DNA of 64,000 nt, from the IMG/VR virus record IMGVR_UViG_3300038393_002936; one strand, given 5' to 3'. Under the pieces are notes generated by a model. It ran no database searches. It saw nothing but the letters and a program-made list of their open reading frames with translations, and was not told where the DNA came from. Source of the DNA: a virus. Shown in pieces: positions 38,246 to 48,225 of the stretch. Position numbers and translations under genes: made by a program. Numbering within the stretch: the stretch's first letter is position 1; each line of letters opens with the position of its first letter.

Positions 38246-39095
38246 TATCAGATACTACCTCGGCATCACCGAGCCCGACCGTGTCCGGAGTGAGGATGGG
38301 CCTATCGTAACTAGAGTCGCCGTACTGATGGTGTGCCGATAGGCGGTTGAGTTCTCCCGCGGTGGCCCGTCGCATGAGCTCGATATAACGGTCCCCCTCC
38401 TGCCGGACTGATTCTTCCTGGAGGCTCCGAAGGAGCCCCAAGAAGTCCATTTTGCCGCTCTCAATCCGGTCAACCCGCTGTTGACGGGTCGCCTTGAGGG
38501 CCTCCATCAATTTTTGGTGCTTCTCTTCCAATTTCACATATTCGACGGTCAGGTCCGCCTGTAGGCTGTTCGCCTTTTCGAGCAGTTCGTCCAAAATTTG
38601 CAATTTCCGGACATCTTCGTCGCTGTCGGGCAGATTGAATTTCTGGAGCTTCAATAGCTGTTCGCGTGTGACCTCGAGCCGCTCGATTTCCCGCCCGACC
38701 CGCCGCTGTTTGACCGCGTTCCGGTGTTTGAGCAGGTCCAGTTTGATGACCTTGAAGACCTGGTTCTCTTCGGTCGGAAGGACCTTGTCCTCGCTGAACT
38801 GGTCCATGAGGGCGACGTACTGTTCCTCGAAGTACGCCAGTTCGTCCTTTTCGAACTCGGCCACCAACTGTTTCCAAGCCGCGCTCTGTTTGAGCCCGAG
38901 CCGGATACTGGACTGGGTTTCGGGTTCGGGCGGACGAGGAGTCGCCGGCTTGGCGCTCATCGCCTTGAGGACGACGTTGACGGACCGGTTAAGCTTGCCC
39001 GCGATATCCTGCGGGGTCATCCGGCCGGCGTTCGCCTCGATGAAGGCGACCTCGGCGTTGCTTAAGCGTCCGCTTTTGGTGGGTTGCTTGGGCAC
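38232..39095 (-). CDS. HTH + coiled-coil protein (possible terminase small subunit)
   Basis: MTPQDIAGKLNRS HTH and a long coiled coil; upstream of terL. Confidence 0.45.
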   Translation of the reverse strand: MPKQPTKSGRLSNAEVAFIEANAGRMTPQDIAGKLNRSVNVVLKAMSAKPATPRPPEPETQSSIRLGLKQSAAWKQLVAEFEKDELAYFEEQYVALMDQFSEDKVLPTEENQVFKVIKLDLLKHRNAVKQRRVGREIERLEVTREQLLKLQKFNLPDSDEDVRKLQILDELLEKANSLQADLTVEYVKLEEKHQKLMEALKATRQQRVDRIESGKMDFLGLLRSLQEESVRQEGDRYIELMRRATAGELNRLSAHHQYGDSSYDRPILTPDTVGLGDAEVVSDNEAH

Positions 39096-39676
39096 GCGAT
39101 GACTCTCACAGCGGCTTCGACCTTTTTCCGGCGACTGGTCGGCAGCCGCTCACCGGCCAACATTCGCAAATAATCCGAGCGAAGCGTGGGGTCGAGTTCC
39201 CGGTCGATTCTGCTACGCAGTTCGTCGAACGAGGCCAGTTCGGCGGCCCTATCATCGGCCTTGAGCCCGCTCTCGCGGTCGTCGGCAATCCCGTCCAGCG
39301 AAAGCGGCCGGGTCAGGTTGGCCTTGGTCGCGTTCCGCTTCTTCCAGGCCAGGTACTTGCGGCAGACCTTGCGGTCCGCGTGCTCGCTTTCGCGACCCTG
39401 GTGGCACAAGTTACACGGCGGGTCGGTCCGCCTATAATTATCACGCTTGAAGTTAATAAGCCGGCGAACGGCGTGTGTGTACAGATACTTTTCGAGCGGC
39501 CGGGATGGGTCGTACTTGCCTTTGGCAAGCAGTTCTAAGCAGAACACTCGTGTTTCCTGCCGGACGTCTTCGGCCTCCAGGTATCCAAACACGAACTTGT
39601 CGGACGCCTGGTTAACAACCTTCTCGATGGCCTCGAGGACACTTGCCTCGGTGTGGCCGGGCGGAATTTCCATCAC
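39062..39676 (-). CDS. Phage-encoded sigma-70/ECF-like factor (candidate late sigma)
   Basis: EAEDVRQE...KYDPSRPLEKYLYTHAVRRLINFKRD region-2 pattern; inserted Cys/His loop; short C-terminal region. Confidence 0.75.
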   Translation of the reverse strand: MMEIPPGHTEASVLEAIEKVVNQASDKFVFGYLEAEDVRQETRVFCLELLAKGKYDPSRPLEKYLYTHAVRRLINFKRDNYRRTDPPCNLCHQGRESEHADRKVCRKYLAWKKRNATKANLTRPLSLDGIADDRESGLKADDRAAELASFDELRSRIDRELDPTLRSDYLRMLAGERLPTSRRKKVEAAVRVIACPSNPPKADA

Positions 39677-39849
39677 TCGCTTTGCTCGTGTTTCACAGGC
39701 TTGTCCTTTTCGCTGGCCCAGTCGACCCCGTAGAGGCGTCGACCGTGCGCCCTCAGTATCTCATCTGAGCCGTCAGGCTCAGGGTCCGGCAGGGAAAGTT
39801 CTACCTGGGCCCGCTCTTCGTCTTCGTCCACTGCATATTTGGGATTCAT
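39673..39849 (-). CDS. Small acidic hypothetical protein
   Basis: Strong AGAGGAGGA RBS; stop overlaps the sigma start. Confidence 0.6.
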   Translation of the reverse strand: MNPKYAVDEDEERAQVELSLPDPEPDGSDEILRAHGRRLYGVDWASEKDKPVKHEQSE

Positions 39850-40592
39850 AATTCCTCCTCTTTGTAATACACACATAAAACGCACGGCTTTTAGTGTTGC
39901 CGCACAACGAGTTGCGGACGGAGCCTTAATAGGGGGGTTTGCTTGGTTCACTTCGTTCACGGGCAAGGCTGGGGATTTTTTTGGACTCATTGTGGCGAGG
40001 GGGCCGGTGGCTGTGAAATCTAGTGGTGGTAGAAAAGGGGCGGCGTCGTTCCTACACTGATAAGAATGTCAACGGTGGATTTTGCTGCTCCCTGTTGTTT
40101 CTCGATGCCCTCGCCCGCCCCACCCCTCCCGCCTGGTCCCCCTCCCCCTCAAACAACTCCCCCGGTGGGCCTCCCCCTACATCCGGTTGAGCCGACCGGG
40201 CGTTCCGGACGGCCGGAGGGTACATCTCGTGCGGGAGGGTAGGCGTATGGGGAGCTCAATTCTACTGGTCACGCTCGCCGGGCTCATCCTGGTTCACGGT
40301 GCGGTGCAAGCCTGCCGGGGCAAGCGGTTCTCCCCCTCGCGGTGCAAGTGGGAGTAACGGCCGGTCTGTCGGGATGTGCGACAGGGTATTGCCCCTACAT
40401 GGGTCCGTCGGACCCTACATAGATGCGGGCGGGAGCTGGTATCCCGCCATCCGCCGGTGAGCGTTCTCTGCATTCGCAGAGGAGTGCCCGGGGGGTTGCT
40501 CCCGCGAGCTGCGGGCCGCACGTTGCGGCCCGGGTTTTTGCGGGTAGCGGACGGCGGGCCGTCGAAACGGCCCGCCCGATGGAGATTCTCAC

Positions 40593-41030
40593 ATGGCGAA
40601 CTACGCGATTGCGGATATGGCGTTCACGGGGCCCGAAGTGTCGGTGACGCTACGGCACAAGGGGACGGACGGGAAGGTACGGAGCCACCAGCTCCCGGCC
40701 GGGGTGATTCCGGCGGAAGACACGCTCGCCGCGTTCGCCGACGCCGCGGCCGAACATGGGACGGCCCGCAGCACGCGGACGGTCCAACTCGACACCGATA
40801 ACCAGGTCAGCCGCCGGGGCAAGTTGGCGAAGGGGGAAGAGCTCCGGCAACGCATCCTGGCATTGGGCAAGAACTACGTTCCCCCGGCCCCAGCCGTTCC
40901 GCCGGCCCCGGTGGTGAACGAGACTCCGGCCCCGGTGGTTCCCCCGACCGCGGACAGCCCGCCGGAGAACGAGACGGGCGAAAGCCGGGCACGCAACCGG
41001 GCCCGCAAGGCGAGCAACGCGACGACGTGA
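40593..41030 (+). CDS. Hypothetical early protein
   Basis: GGAG RBS; first clear gene of the + strand arm. Confidence 0.6.
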   Translation: MANYAIADMAFTGPEVSVTLRHKGTDGKVRSHQLPAGVIPAEDTLAAFADAAAEHGTARSTRTVQLDTDNQVSRRGKLAKGEELRQRILALGKNYVPPAPAVPPAPVVNETPAPVVPPTADSPPENETGESRARNRARKASNATT

Positions 41031-41131
41031 GACCGGCCGTCCCTACTGCCCCCGGACCGAACGGGGGCTATGGGGAATGCCGGTTGGCAACGTGCCAGCG
41101 GTCCGAACCAGGTTTCCACGGGGTAACGGCC

Positions 41132-41371
41132 ATGTCCGGTTACTTGTTCGTCGTCACGTGCCGCAATGTGGCTCTCGGCATCTTCGCCACGATGGACGAT
41201 GCCAAGCGGTCGATTTCGCTGACACACCAGGACTCGACCGGCCCGACGATGACGCGAACCGGCCCGAGCGGGTGTTTCGCATCCGTGCAACAGACGAACG
41301 GGAACGAGACGTTTGACTACAGTATCGTGGCGGTGAAGCCGTCGGACAAAGCGGGTAAGCTATTTTCCTGA
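41132..41371 (+). CDS. Hypothetical protein
   Basis: Protein-like ORF in the + strand arm. Confidence 0.45.
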   Translation: MSGYLFVVTCRNVALGIFATMDDAKRSISLTHQDSTGPTMTRTGPSGCFASVQQTNGNETFDYSIVAVKPSDKAGKLFS

Positions 41372-41395
41372 ACACGGCCCGAACCGGAGAACGCG

Positions 41396-42244
41396 ATGCA
41401 ACGCCAGTGGACGGAACACGAGCTAGCACGTGCCGAACGCGAGCGGATGGAGATAACCGGCCGCAAGGCACCGGTGAAGCGTCAGCACACGTCCCGTTCG
41501 GCCCGGCCGCGAGCCGTCGACAAGCCCATTTACACGGTCCCGGATGAAGAGTCGGGCGGGGATTTCGTTCACCGCCCGAAGCGTCTGGGGCCGGACCGGG
41601 TCGGAACCGGTCGCCTGGTTACGATTCGCCCGGAATATCGGACGTCCGCAAAACGCCGTTCGTTTTTCCAGACGATAGAGAAAATCGGGCTCGACTACGC
41701 GGTTATCGAATCGGCCGGACATGACGACTACTACAACGGGGAAACCGGCGAGCTCCGGGATTGGGCCGTTCTCGTTCCGGCCGTGATTCTTGTCCAGGGA
41801 GCAATCGAGAAAATAGAGCAGCTAGCTCGACACCCGGCCGTTGCGTCCGTGACTCATGTGATGTCCGTGCGGGTCGGGATGCGGGCGAGCGGGTCGGGGG
41901 AGCTGTCCGCCCGCCACAAGCGGGAATTTCGGCCGATGCCGCGGGCCGAACGGGAATCCCTTCCGTTACGGGCGGAGAACGACCGGGTATTAGCCCGGCA
42001 AGAAACCCGGGACGTGAAGCGGGCGAGTGAGGAAGCGGCCCGGTCATCCCAGAACGGCGGACGGGCGAAAACGGCCGGGCAACTAGCCTATCAGGAATGG
42101 GCGGAAGACGGCCCGGCCGACGACATTGAATCCCGGGAACGGGACACGATGGAACTCGTGTCCCTCCAGAAACTGGGATACGACAACCTCACCCCGGAGC
42201 AATGGGCGAGAGCGGCCCAGTTACTCGCCCGGTTGGGGCTGTAA
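41396..42244 (+). CDS. Hypothetical protein containing the 8269/8620 domain
   Basis: RRSFF....GL.Y..IE...G..RDWA..VP.V..V.G..EK.E.L shared with 8620-8961; GGAG RBS. Confidence 0.7.
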   Translation: MQRQWTEHELARAERERMEITGRKAPVKRQHTSRSARPRAVDKPIYTVPDEESGGDFVHRPKRLGPDRVGTGRLVTIRPEYRTSAKRRSFFQTIEKIGLDYAVIESAGHDDYYNGETGELRDWAVLVPAVILVQGAIEKIEQLARHPAVASVTHVMSVRVGMRASGSGELSARHKREFRPMPRAERESLPLRAENDRVLARQETRDVKRASEEAARSSQNGGRAKTAGQLAYQEWAEDGPADDIESRERDTMELVSLQKLGYDNLTPEQWARAAQLLARLGL

Positions 42245-42270
42245 CTCAAAGGACGACACGAACGGCGACA

Positions 42271-42296
42271 GCCCCCGGGTTTCCCGGGGCTTTTTT
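42271..42296 (+). terminator. Intrinsic terminator
   Basis: CCCCGGG-TTT-CCCGGGG followed by CTTTTTT. Confidence 0.8.
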
Positions 42297-42615
42297 CGTT
42301 TGGTAAATACGATAAACGTATCCAGATATCCGAAACGGAGCTACCATGTCGCAACTGTACGTGGCGGTCGGGGCGTGCGTGACGGCCGTGTGCCTGTGGT
42401 GGGTGTGGTCGGCGGGCCCGCGGAGCTATTAGACCGCGAGCTGTCGGGAACTATTGCTGACCTGTCGGTCAGTGGTGAAATCCAAGCGAACCGCGGGAGG
42501 GAGGGGGGAGGCCGCGATTTTGTCGCGAAAATCCCTATGGTGTTTTTACAGCGTATCCACTAGTGTAGTTTTCGAAGCGTATCCGAGTTCGAGACGCAGT
42601 CTCGTGGGGGATGCC

Positions 42616-42966
42616 ATGTCCACTGTCGCGATGAGCAAGTACCGGGAGATGACCGGTGTCCTGAAGGAGCTGGTCCGGGACGCGGTCGGCACGTCCGACC
42701 CGATTTCGCTCCTGGAGGTGGTGGCCGCTCTCGACCGTCGGTTCACCGACGCGACCAAGACGCACGGGTACGTGTGGTTCGAGTTGGCCTACCAGGGTCA
42801 GTCATTCTTGGTCGACGGCGTCAGCCGGAGCTGGGACGTTCGCATCGGGGAATACGCTTACTTGGAAGAACACCCGCGATTCCGGTCGGTCGTCGAACGG
42901 TCCAGTCGACTCACCTCGGTTGAACTGGTGCTGCTGTTCAAGAAGGTGGTCCGGGTGCTGGGGTAG
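42616..42966 (+). CDS. Hypothetical protein
   Basis: GC3-rich ORF. Confidence 0.55.
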   Translation: MSTVAMSKYREMTGVLKELVRDAVGTSDPISLLEVVAALDRRFTDATKTHGYVWFELAYQGQSFLVDGVSRSWDVRIGEYAYLEEHPRFRSVVERSSRLTSVELVLLFKKVVRVLG

Positions 42967-43059
42967 GTCGGAAGTTGTCGGTGGTCGCGAGGTCATTTCC
43001 GGCAGGAGAGGAAGGGTGTGTTCTCTTCCCTGCCGGAAGTCCCACCAGAGGGTAAATCC

Positions 43060-43368
43060 GTGAATCAGCACGCAGCACTACAAGAGGCCCTGATTGCTCT
43101 GGACATGGTGTTGACGGGCGTGTCGCGGGCCGGGGCCGAACAGATGATGCGGTCGAACGCCCGGGACACCCGGCGGTTGGTCGTCGGCGGGGCTTACTAC
43201 CTGTCCGACGGCGGGTACAGCCGAATCGTGTTCTTCGACGGCTCCCGCACGGTCAGGTTGACGTGGAACAGCACGGACGCCGTGAAGGCGAGGTGGGCGG
43301 AATGCCCCGCGGAGGTTCAACAGGTACAGGCCGAAGTTTTGAAGGTGTTCGATAGCGGCGAATGGTAA
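43060..43368 (+). CDS. Hypothetical protein
   Basis: GAGG RBS + GTG. Confidence 0.5.
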   Translation: MNQHAALQEALIALDMVLTGVSRAGAEQMMRSNARDTRRLVVGGAYYLSDGGYSRIVFFDGSRTVRLTWNSTDAVKARWAECPAEVQQVQAEVLKVFDSGEW

Positions 43369-43396
43369 ATCTGGTCACCAAAACGGGAGGCCTCTT

Positions 43397-43597
43397 GTGT
43401 CTGTTGACGAAGCGTTCAAGGCAGGTCTGGCGTCGGTCAGGGAATCGGGCGTGAGGGTCGACACGAAGGACATTGCCGTCCTGGCCACATGGAGCGTGTT
43501 CGAGAAACGAGCCCGGAAGGTCGAATTCGACCCGCGGTTCGAGGCGGACGGGCCGCGGTACGCCCGGCTGCTCATCCTGCAAGCTCTGATGGCGTGA
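43397..43597 (+). CDS. Hypothetical protein
   Basis: GGAGG RBS + GTG. Confidence 0.5.
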   Translation: MSVDEAFKAGLASVRESGVRVDTKDIAVLATWSVFEKRARKVEFDPRFEADGPRYARLLILQALMA

Positions 43598-43632
43598 CTG
43601 TTTTTCCAACTGACATTCTCGGAGCGACTCAC

Positions 43633-43863
43633 ATGGTGTCCATTTGGTTGCTCGGAACGGTCATCCCGGTCAGTCTCGGTCGACACTCGTACATGGAAGC
43701 GGTCGAATACCTCCGGCGGTTCCGGGACACGGAACAGGTCCAGTTCTTCGGTGACGAATACCACCCGTTGTTTACCGGGAACCTGGCCGAGTCGTTCGAG
43801 TGGCTGAGCACCCAGACCGCTCGGCTCATCGAGCGCGGGCTTCGGCCGGTTGGGATGGTGTAG
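43633..43863 (+). CDS. Hypothetical protein
   Basis: GGAG RBS + ATG. Confidence 0.5.
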   Translation: MVSIWLLGTVIPVSLGRHSYMEAVEYLRRFRDTEQVQFFGDEYHPLFTGNLAESFEWLSTQTARLIERGLRPVGMV

Positions 43864-43925
43864 CTGGAATTCCGGCAGGGAAGTGAGGCAGTGTCGTTTT
43901 ACCAAGTATTACCTGGAGTCTCACC

Positions 43926-44129
43926 GTGAACGAGTACCGCAAGCTGGTGACCAAGTGGGACCTGATGCAGGTTTTGTTCGGGAAAGGAACCGCTTACATC
44001 GTGGTCGGCGACATCCAAGGCATCTTGGCGACCATTGAGAGGGAGAGCGGCGACGGGAGGCATTTCCTGCTGACGGTCAACACCGAGTGCGGTGGTCTTC
44101 AGGAGGTGTACTGGAAATCGGCCGACTGA
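43926..44129 (+). CDS. Hypothetical protein
   Basis: GGAG RBS + GTG. Confidence 0.5.
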   Translation: MNEYRKLVTKWDLMQVLFGKGTAYIVVGDIQGILATIERESGDGRHFLLTVNTECGGLQEVYWKSAD

Positions 44130-44162
44130 GCAGTTTTACTAAATATAACCAAGGAGCCCACC

Positions 44163-44597
44163 ATGCACACCCAGGCCCGAACCCACATCCGGTGGATGAT
44201 TCAGCGGGACATGCCGGACATCCTCAGTACCGAATCCTACCTGGCCGAGCCGTGGTCGGAGAACGCCATCCTCGGCCGGCTCCGCCACCGCCACTGCATC
44301 GGGCTCGTCGTCGAGGCGGGCGACCGGGTGGTGGGGCACGCGATTTACGAGCTCCACAAGCGGAAGTTAGTTCTGACCCGGATGGCGGTCCACCCCATCC
44401 ACCGTCGGTGCGGGGTCGGCCGAGCCCTGATGACCAAACTCCTGAACAAGCTCGGCACCCACCGCCGCCCATTCCTGGTGGTGAAGGTCGATGAGCGAGA
44501 CCTGCTCACGACCTGCCAGTTCCTCAAACAGTTCAACCCCGCCAGGGTCGGCCTGGCTGACGGTCGGGTCCGGTTCGTGTTCCGGGCGGATGTCTAG
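44163..44597 (+). CDS. RimI-like GNAT acetyltransferase (planctomycete type)
   Basis: HIRWMI.RDMP.IL..E...PW.E....LR.R.CIG.V.E...RVVG..IYELHK...AVHP..RR.GVGR. Confidence 0.8.
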   Translation: MHTQARTHIRWMIQRDMPDILSTESYLAEPWSENAILGRLRHRHCIGLVVEAGDRVVGHAIYELHKRKLVLTRMAVHPIHRRCGVGRALMTKLLNKLGTHRRPFLVVKVDERDLLTTCQFLKQFNPARVGLADGRVRFVFRADV

Positions 44598-44668
44598 CCC
44601 GGTTGTTATACGCACCACCGGTTCCAAGTTGCCGAGAAGCCGAAATCTAACACGCGAGGTACGAGCAC

Positions 44669-45414
44669 ATGAACATCACCACCCGAAACCGGGTCCGGGC
44701 CGAGGCCATGACCGCGGTCGCCCGCGACCTGGGCCGGTTCGCCTGTCCCTACCCGCCAGGGTCGTTCGAAGAGACCACCTGGCTACAAGCCTACGCCGAA
44801 TACGAACAGGTCATCGACCGGGAGCGGCTGGACTGGGCGTGGAGTGAGGAAGAGAACAGCTCAAAAGACGAGGAAGTCGCGTTGTCGAGAGTCGTCGGCA
44901 GATGGAGGTAATTATGAACCGAACACCACAAAAAGGCGATACGGTCCGTCTCCTCACGAAACCGTCCGGGTATACCACGTCGAGCTACCCGCTCACGGTC
45001 GGCAAGGAATATTTGGTCGTCGACTTGATGGGGTCCTGCGTCGTCACCACCTGCGATGACCCGGATTGGTTTCCGCTCCCGTCGTACTGGCGGGGATGGG
45101 TCGAAGTGGTCAACTATGACTCTCCTGCCGGAAAGTAAACAAGGAGTTTTATGTACACCCTGGACCTGACGCCCGACGAACTCGCCGCCTTCCAGTGGGT
45201 CGGCCACCGCTACAATGCCGGCCCCGTCATGAAATTGCTTGAGCAGTGCGAAGTGGTCCCGGCCGAGACCCGCCCGCCGGCCATTCGCTACAGTGTGCCC
45301 GAACATGTGGCCTGGCGAATCTGCGAACTACGCGACGAAGAGCACGGGTCCTGGCCCTGTTTTGATGCCTACCTGCGGCAGAAGCTGAATCGGTTTTGCG
45401 ACGGGGTGGTCTGA
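44669..45414 (+). CDS. Three small hypothetical ORFs (44669-44911, 44914-45138, 45151-45414)
   Basis: Tightly packed, with GAGG/GGAGG/AAGGAG ribosome-binding sites. Confidence 0.5.
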
Positions 45415-45682
45415 GCCCCACCCCGGCTGTCGCCCATAATAGCATCCCGGAGAACCCATGTTCGGCGTCGTCTACACGAACCACCAGGGAGTGAGGAAAT
45501 ACTTCATGGGGTTCGACCTCGAATCCGCCTACGCCCACGCCCGGTTTTGTGAGGCGGTGGGCATGAAAGATGTGGTCGTGACCGTCCTTTGAAGGCTTTT
45601 TCCGGCAGGAGAGGGGAACAGTCCCGACCCTCCCCCGCCCCACCCACTAACCCACCTGCGCGAGCGTGAGCTGGAGGCGAAC

Positions 45683-45934
45683 ATGGACGAGACTCAAGCA
45701 CCCGACCCCGTGAGAGTCAGCGACCTACTCAAACAGGCCCGGCGTATTGCCGCCGACGCCCCGAACCGCACCTGGGCCGAAGCCTGCTGGGCCTACGGGG
45801 TGCTCGACCGACACAAGGGCAAGAGCGGCGAACGGTACGTACTGGGAGCCAACCGGGCCAGCTACGAACAAGGCCGGAGCGACCTGGAGGCCGCTCTGGC
45901 TAACGAGGCCAAAACCCCTTCAGTGTCTAGTTAA
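45683..45934 (+). CDS. Hypothetical protein
   Basis: GGAGG RBS. Confidence 0.5.
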   Translation: MDETQAPDPVRVSDLLKQARRIAADAPNRTWAEACWAYGVLDRHKGKSGERYVLGANRASYEQGRSDLEAALANEAKTPSVSS

Positions 45935-46138
45935 ACAGACACTTTTGTTGATTTCAATGGTCCCGAGTTGATTCCCCCCTAGGTCAAAAACCCGCATCGA
46001 CTGGTTTTTAACTATACATAAATATACATTAGCCACCGTTAGCAAGCACAACAACACCAGAAACGTTCGCCCGATGAAGTCCAAAAATGGGTTTTTATAA
46101 GTCCTTGCCCCACAAGGACATAATGGAGGTTTGTCAAA

Positions 46139-46396
46139 ATGCCGGAAGTCCGGACCATCAAAACCGTACGACTCAGCCGGGTCATCTCCAAGGACCCCGA
46201 TGAGTTCGCCGACCTCGTCAACACCCACGGGAAGCTCGAAGAGGGCCCCAACAACGCCTTCACCTTCTCCCCGAACGGCCGCACCGACTGGGTCGAAATG
46301 ACCGCGACCAGTGTCGATAGCTACAGCGGGCATGTCGCCGTAAGTACCGACCGTGACAATGTTTTCGTGTTTCGCGTGGCGGGCACGGAGGGGTGA
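46139..46396 (+). CDS. Hypothetical protein
   Basis: GGAGG RBS after an AT-rich promoter-like region. Confidence 0.55.
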   Translation: MPEVRTIKTVRLSRVISKDPDEFADLVNTHGKLEEGPNNAFTFSPNGRTDWVEMTATSVDSYSGHVAVSTDRDNVFVFRVAGTEG

Positions 46397-46889
46397 AAAG
46401 TCGGGGTGGGAGGGGCATGTTTGGGGTGGGGAGCGGCAATTGACTAATAGTTGTTGGAAAGAATGGTCTTGGCGCGACATCAGGATATGCAAGAGCCCTA
46501 AGAGAGTCTGGAGAGTGAGTGTAGTGCTCTAGGTACTTCTACTGGTTGTAGTAGGGGTATGGAGCTAAAGAGTATCTAAAATAACTGGCGATAGCCAAAA
46601 GAGTTAGGGAGAAAAGGGGATGGAGCTCAACCGAGGTCCAAATGAGTGTGAAAGGGGCTATTGGGAGTTCTGAGGGTGTCCTGGAAGGGATTGGTTGAAT
46701 CACAATCAAGGGGAATATCTGTGACTTCCCTGCCGGATAGATTCGTCGGGAATTCCGGGAGGATGCCGGAGATTCGGCAGAGTGGGATTGTTTAAATAGT
46801 GTCCGGCGAGACACAGGTCTTTTCCGGCAGGAGAGTTGGGGCCTGTGGAATCTGTCAATAGGGGGGATTGGAAGTTAGGGGCAATAACA

Positions 46890-47473
46890 ATGAAAGACAA
46901 ATTCATTCTCTGCTCAGGAACGGTGCAACCCTACGTCTTCCGAGAACAACCGTGGTTTATGCGACACTTTGGCTGTGCAGTCTACGACAGAGATAAACCC
47001 GTTCTGTCCGAAGGGAGGCGGGCAAGAGCGCAACCCATCATTGACCGGATGAATGCGGGAGAACTCACGCCCGAGCAAGGAATGGAATTACTCAACGAAC
47101 ACGCTTTTTGGTAGCCACGAGCCAACAAGGGGGATTGGAAGCCATGACCACAAACAAAACATGCATCAAGTGCAAAGTGGCCAACTCACCCCATGCGGTC
47201 TGCGACGAGTGCGTTAAGAAATACGCCGCAATCAAACTCAGCCCCCAAGGGGTAGCCGCCGTCCAGGCCGCGATGAAGGCCAACCCCGATGTTTCTTCAT
47301 GGTACTTGTTCCACGATGGGCGAGTCATTCTAGAGCAAGAGTATCAACAACAAATGACAAGCAGGACTGCCCAGCTGGTGGCAATCAGCCGAGACGGGTT
47401 TCCGATTCTGGTCAACCGACGATTCATGAACATTATGCACCTCCCAGCCGCAACCACGGAAGACACGACATGA
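46890..47473 (+). CDS. Two small hypothetical ORFs (46890-47114, 47144-47473)
   Basis: Each is preceded by a GGGGGATTGGAAG motif copy. Confidence 0.5.
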
Positions 47474-48126
47474 CGATTTACCAGACAATTACGGCTCTTA
47501 CGAAGGCCCGGGAAACCGGCAAGAGCATCGTGGTAATCGAGCCGGTCATCTTGGACCAGTGGCGAACGCCCGATGTGATGAAGTTAGCGTATCGGGTGTT
47601 CGTTGAGGACGACATCGGTAGCCTCCCCATCCTGGCCGACGCCCTTCAAGACGCCGGGTGTGAAAACCTCGAAATTCTGATGTCGTGCCAGACGGGGGAG
47701 ATGACCCCGGATGCGGTGGCGGTAGTCGAGGCCGTTCTCACCACGCCCGAAGTGGACCGGTTCTTTCAGGATTTTATACGGGCGGCTCTGTGGTCTTCAA
47801 ACGATGAGGACGGGATTCCACTCGACGAAAGTCACGACGTCGAGGACATCGAACCGTCTACACGGGTGCTGATGAAGGCCGAATGTGTAGAGTTCTACAC
47901 AAAGAACCGGCACGATATCGAAACCGCCTGCCTCAAGGTCCACGACGACAACGGGCCGGAAGGACAAGCCGGGTACGACTTCTGGATGACCCGACATGGG
48001 CATGGCGTCGGATTCTGGGAAACAAACGATTGGGAAGAAAAGGCCGGGGAACGGCTCACCGTGTCAGCGGGAAAATATGAAGAATGGTATCTGTACGTCG
48101 AGGATGGGGCCATCTACGGGAACTAG
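47470..48126 (+). CDS. Fusion of a Gemmata-type LPILADALQDAGC domain and a conserved phage domain
   Basis: WRT..V..LA......LPILADALQDAGC.N..IL..C followed by AALWSS...AG.DFW.TR.GHG.GFW. Confidence 0.65.
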   Translation: MTIYQTITALTKARETGKSIVVIEPVILDQWRTPDVMKLAYRVFVEDDIGSLPILADALQDAGCENLEILMSCQTGEMTPDAVAVVEAVLTTPEVDRFFQDFIRAALWSSNDEDGIPLDESHDVEDIEPSTRVLMKAECVEFYTKNRHDIETACLKVHDDNGPEGQAGYDFWMTRHGHGVGFWETNDWEEKAGERLTVSAGKYEEWYLYVEDGAIYGN

Positions 48127-48225
48127 GCAACGCGGAGCCCAGCCCCTTTCGGCCCCGAGCTCCCCTGTGCCTCTCCCGCCGATAATAGAAGGGATTGGAA
48201 GTTTCAACCGCCGGAGGTATCAGAA

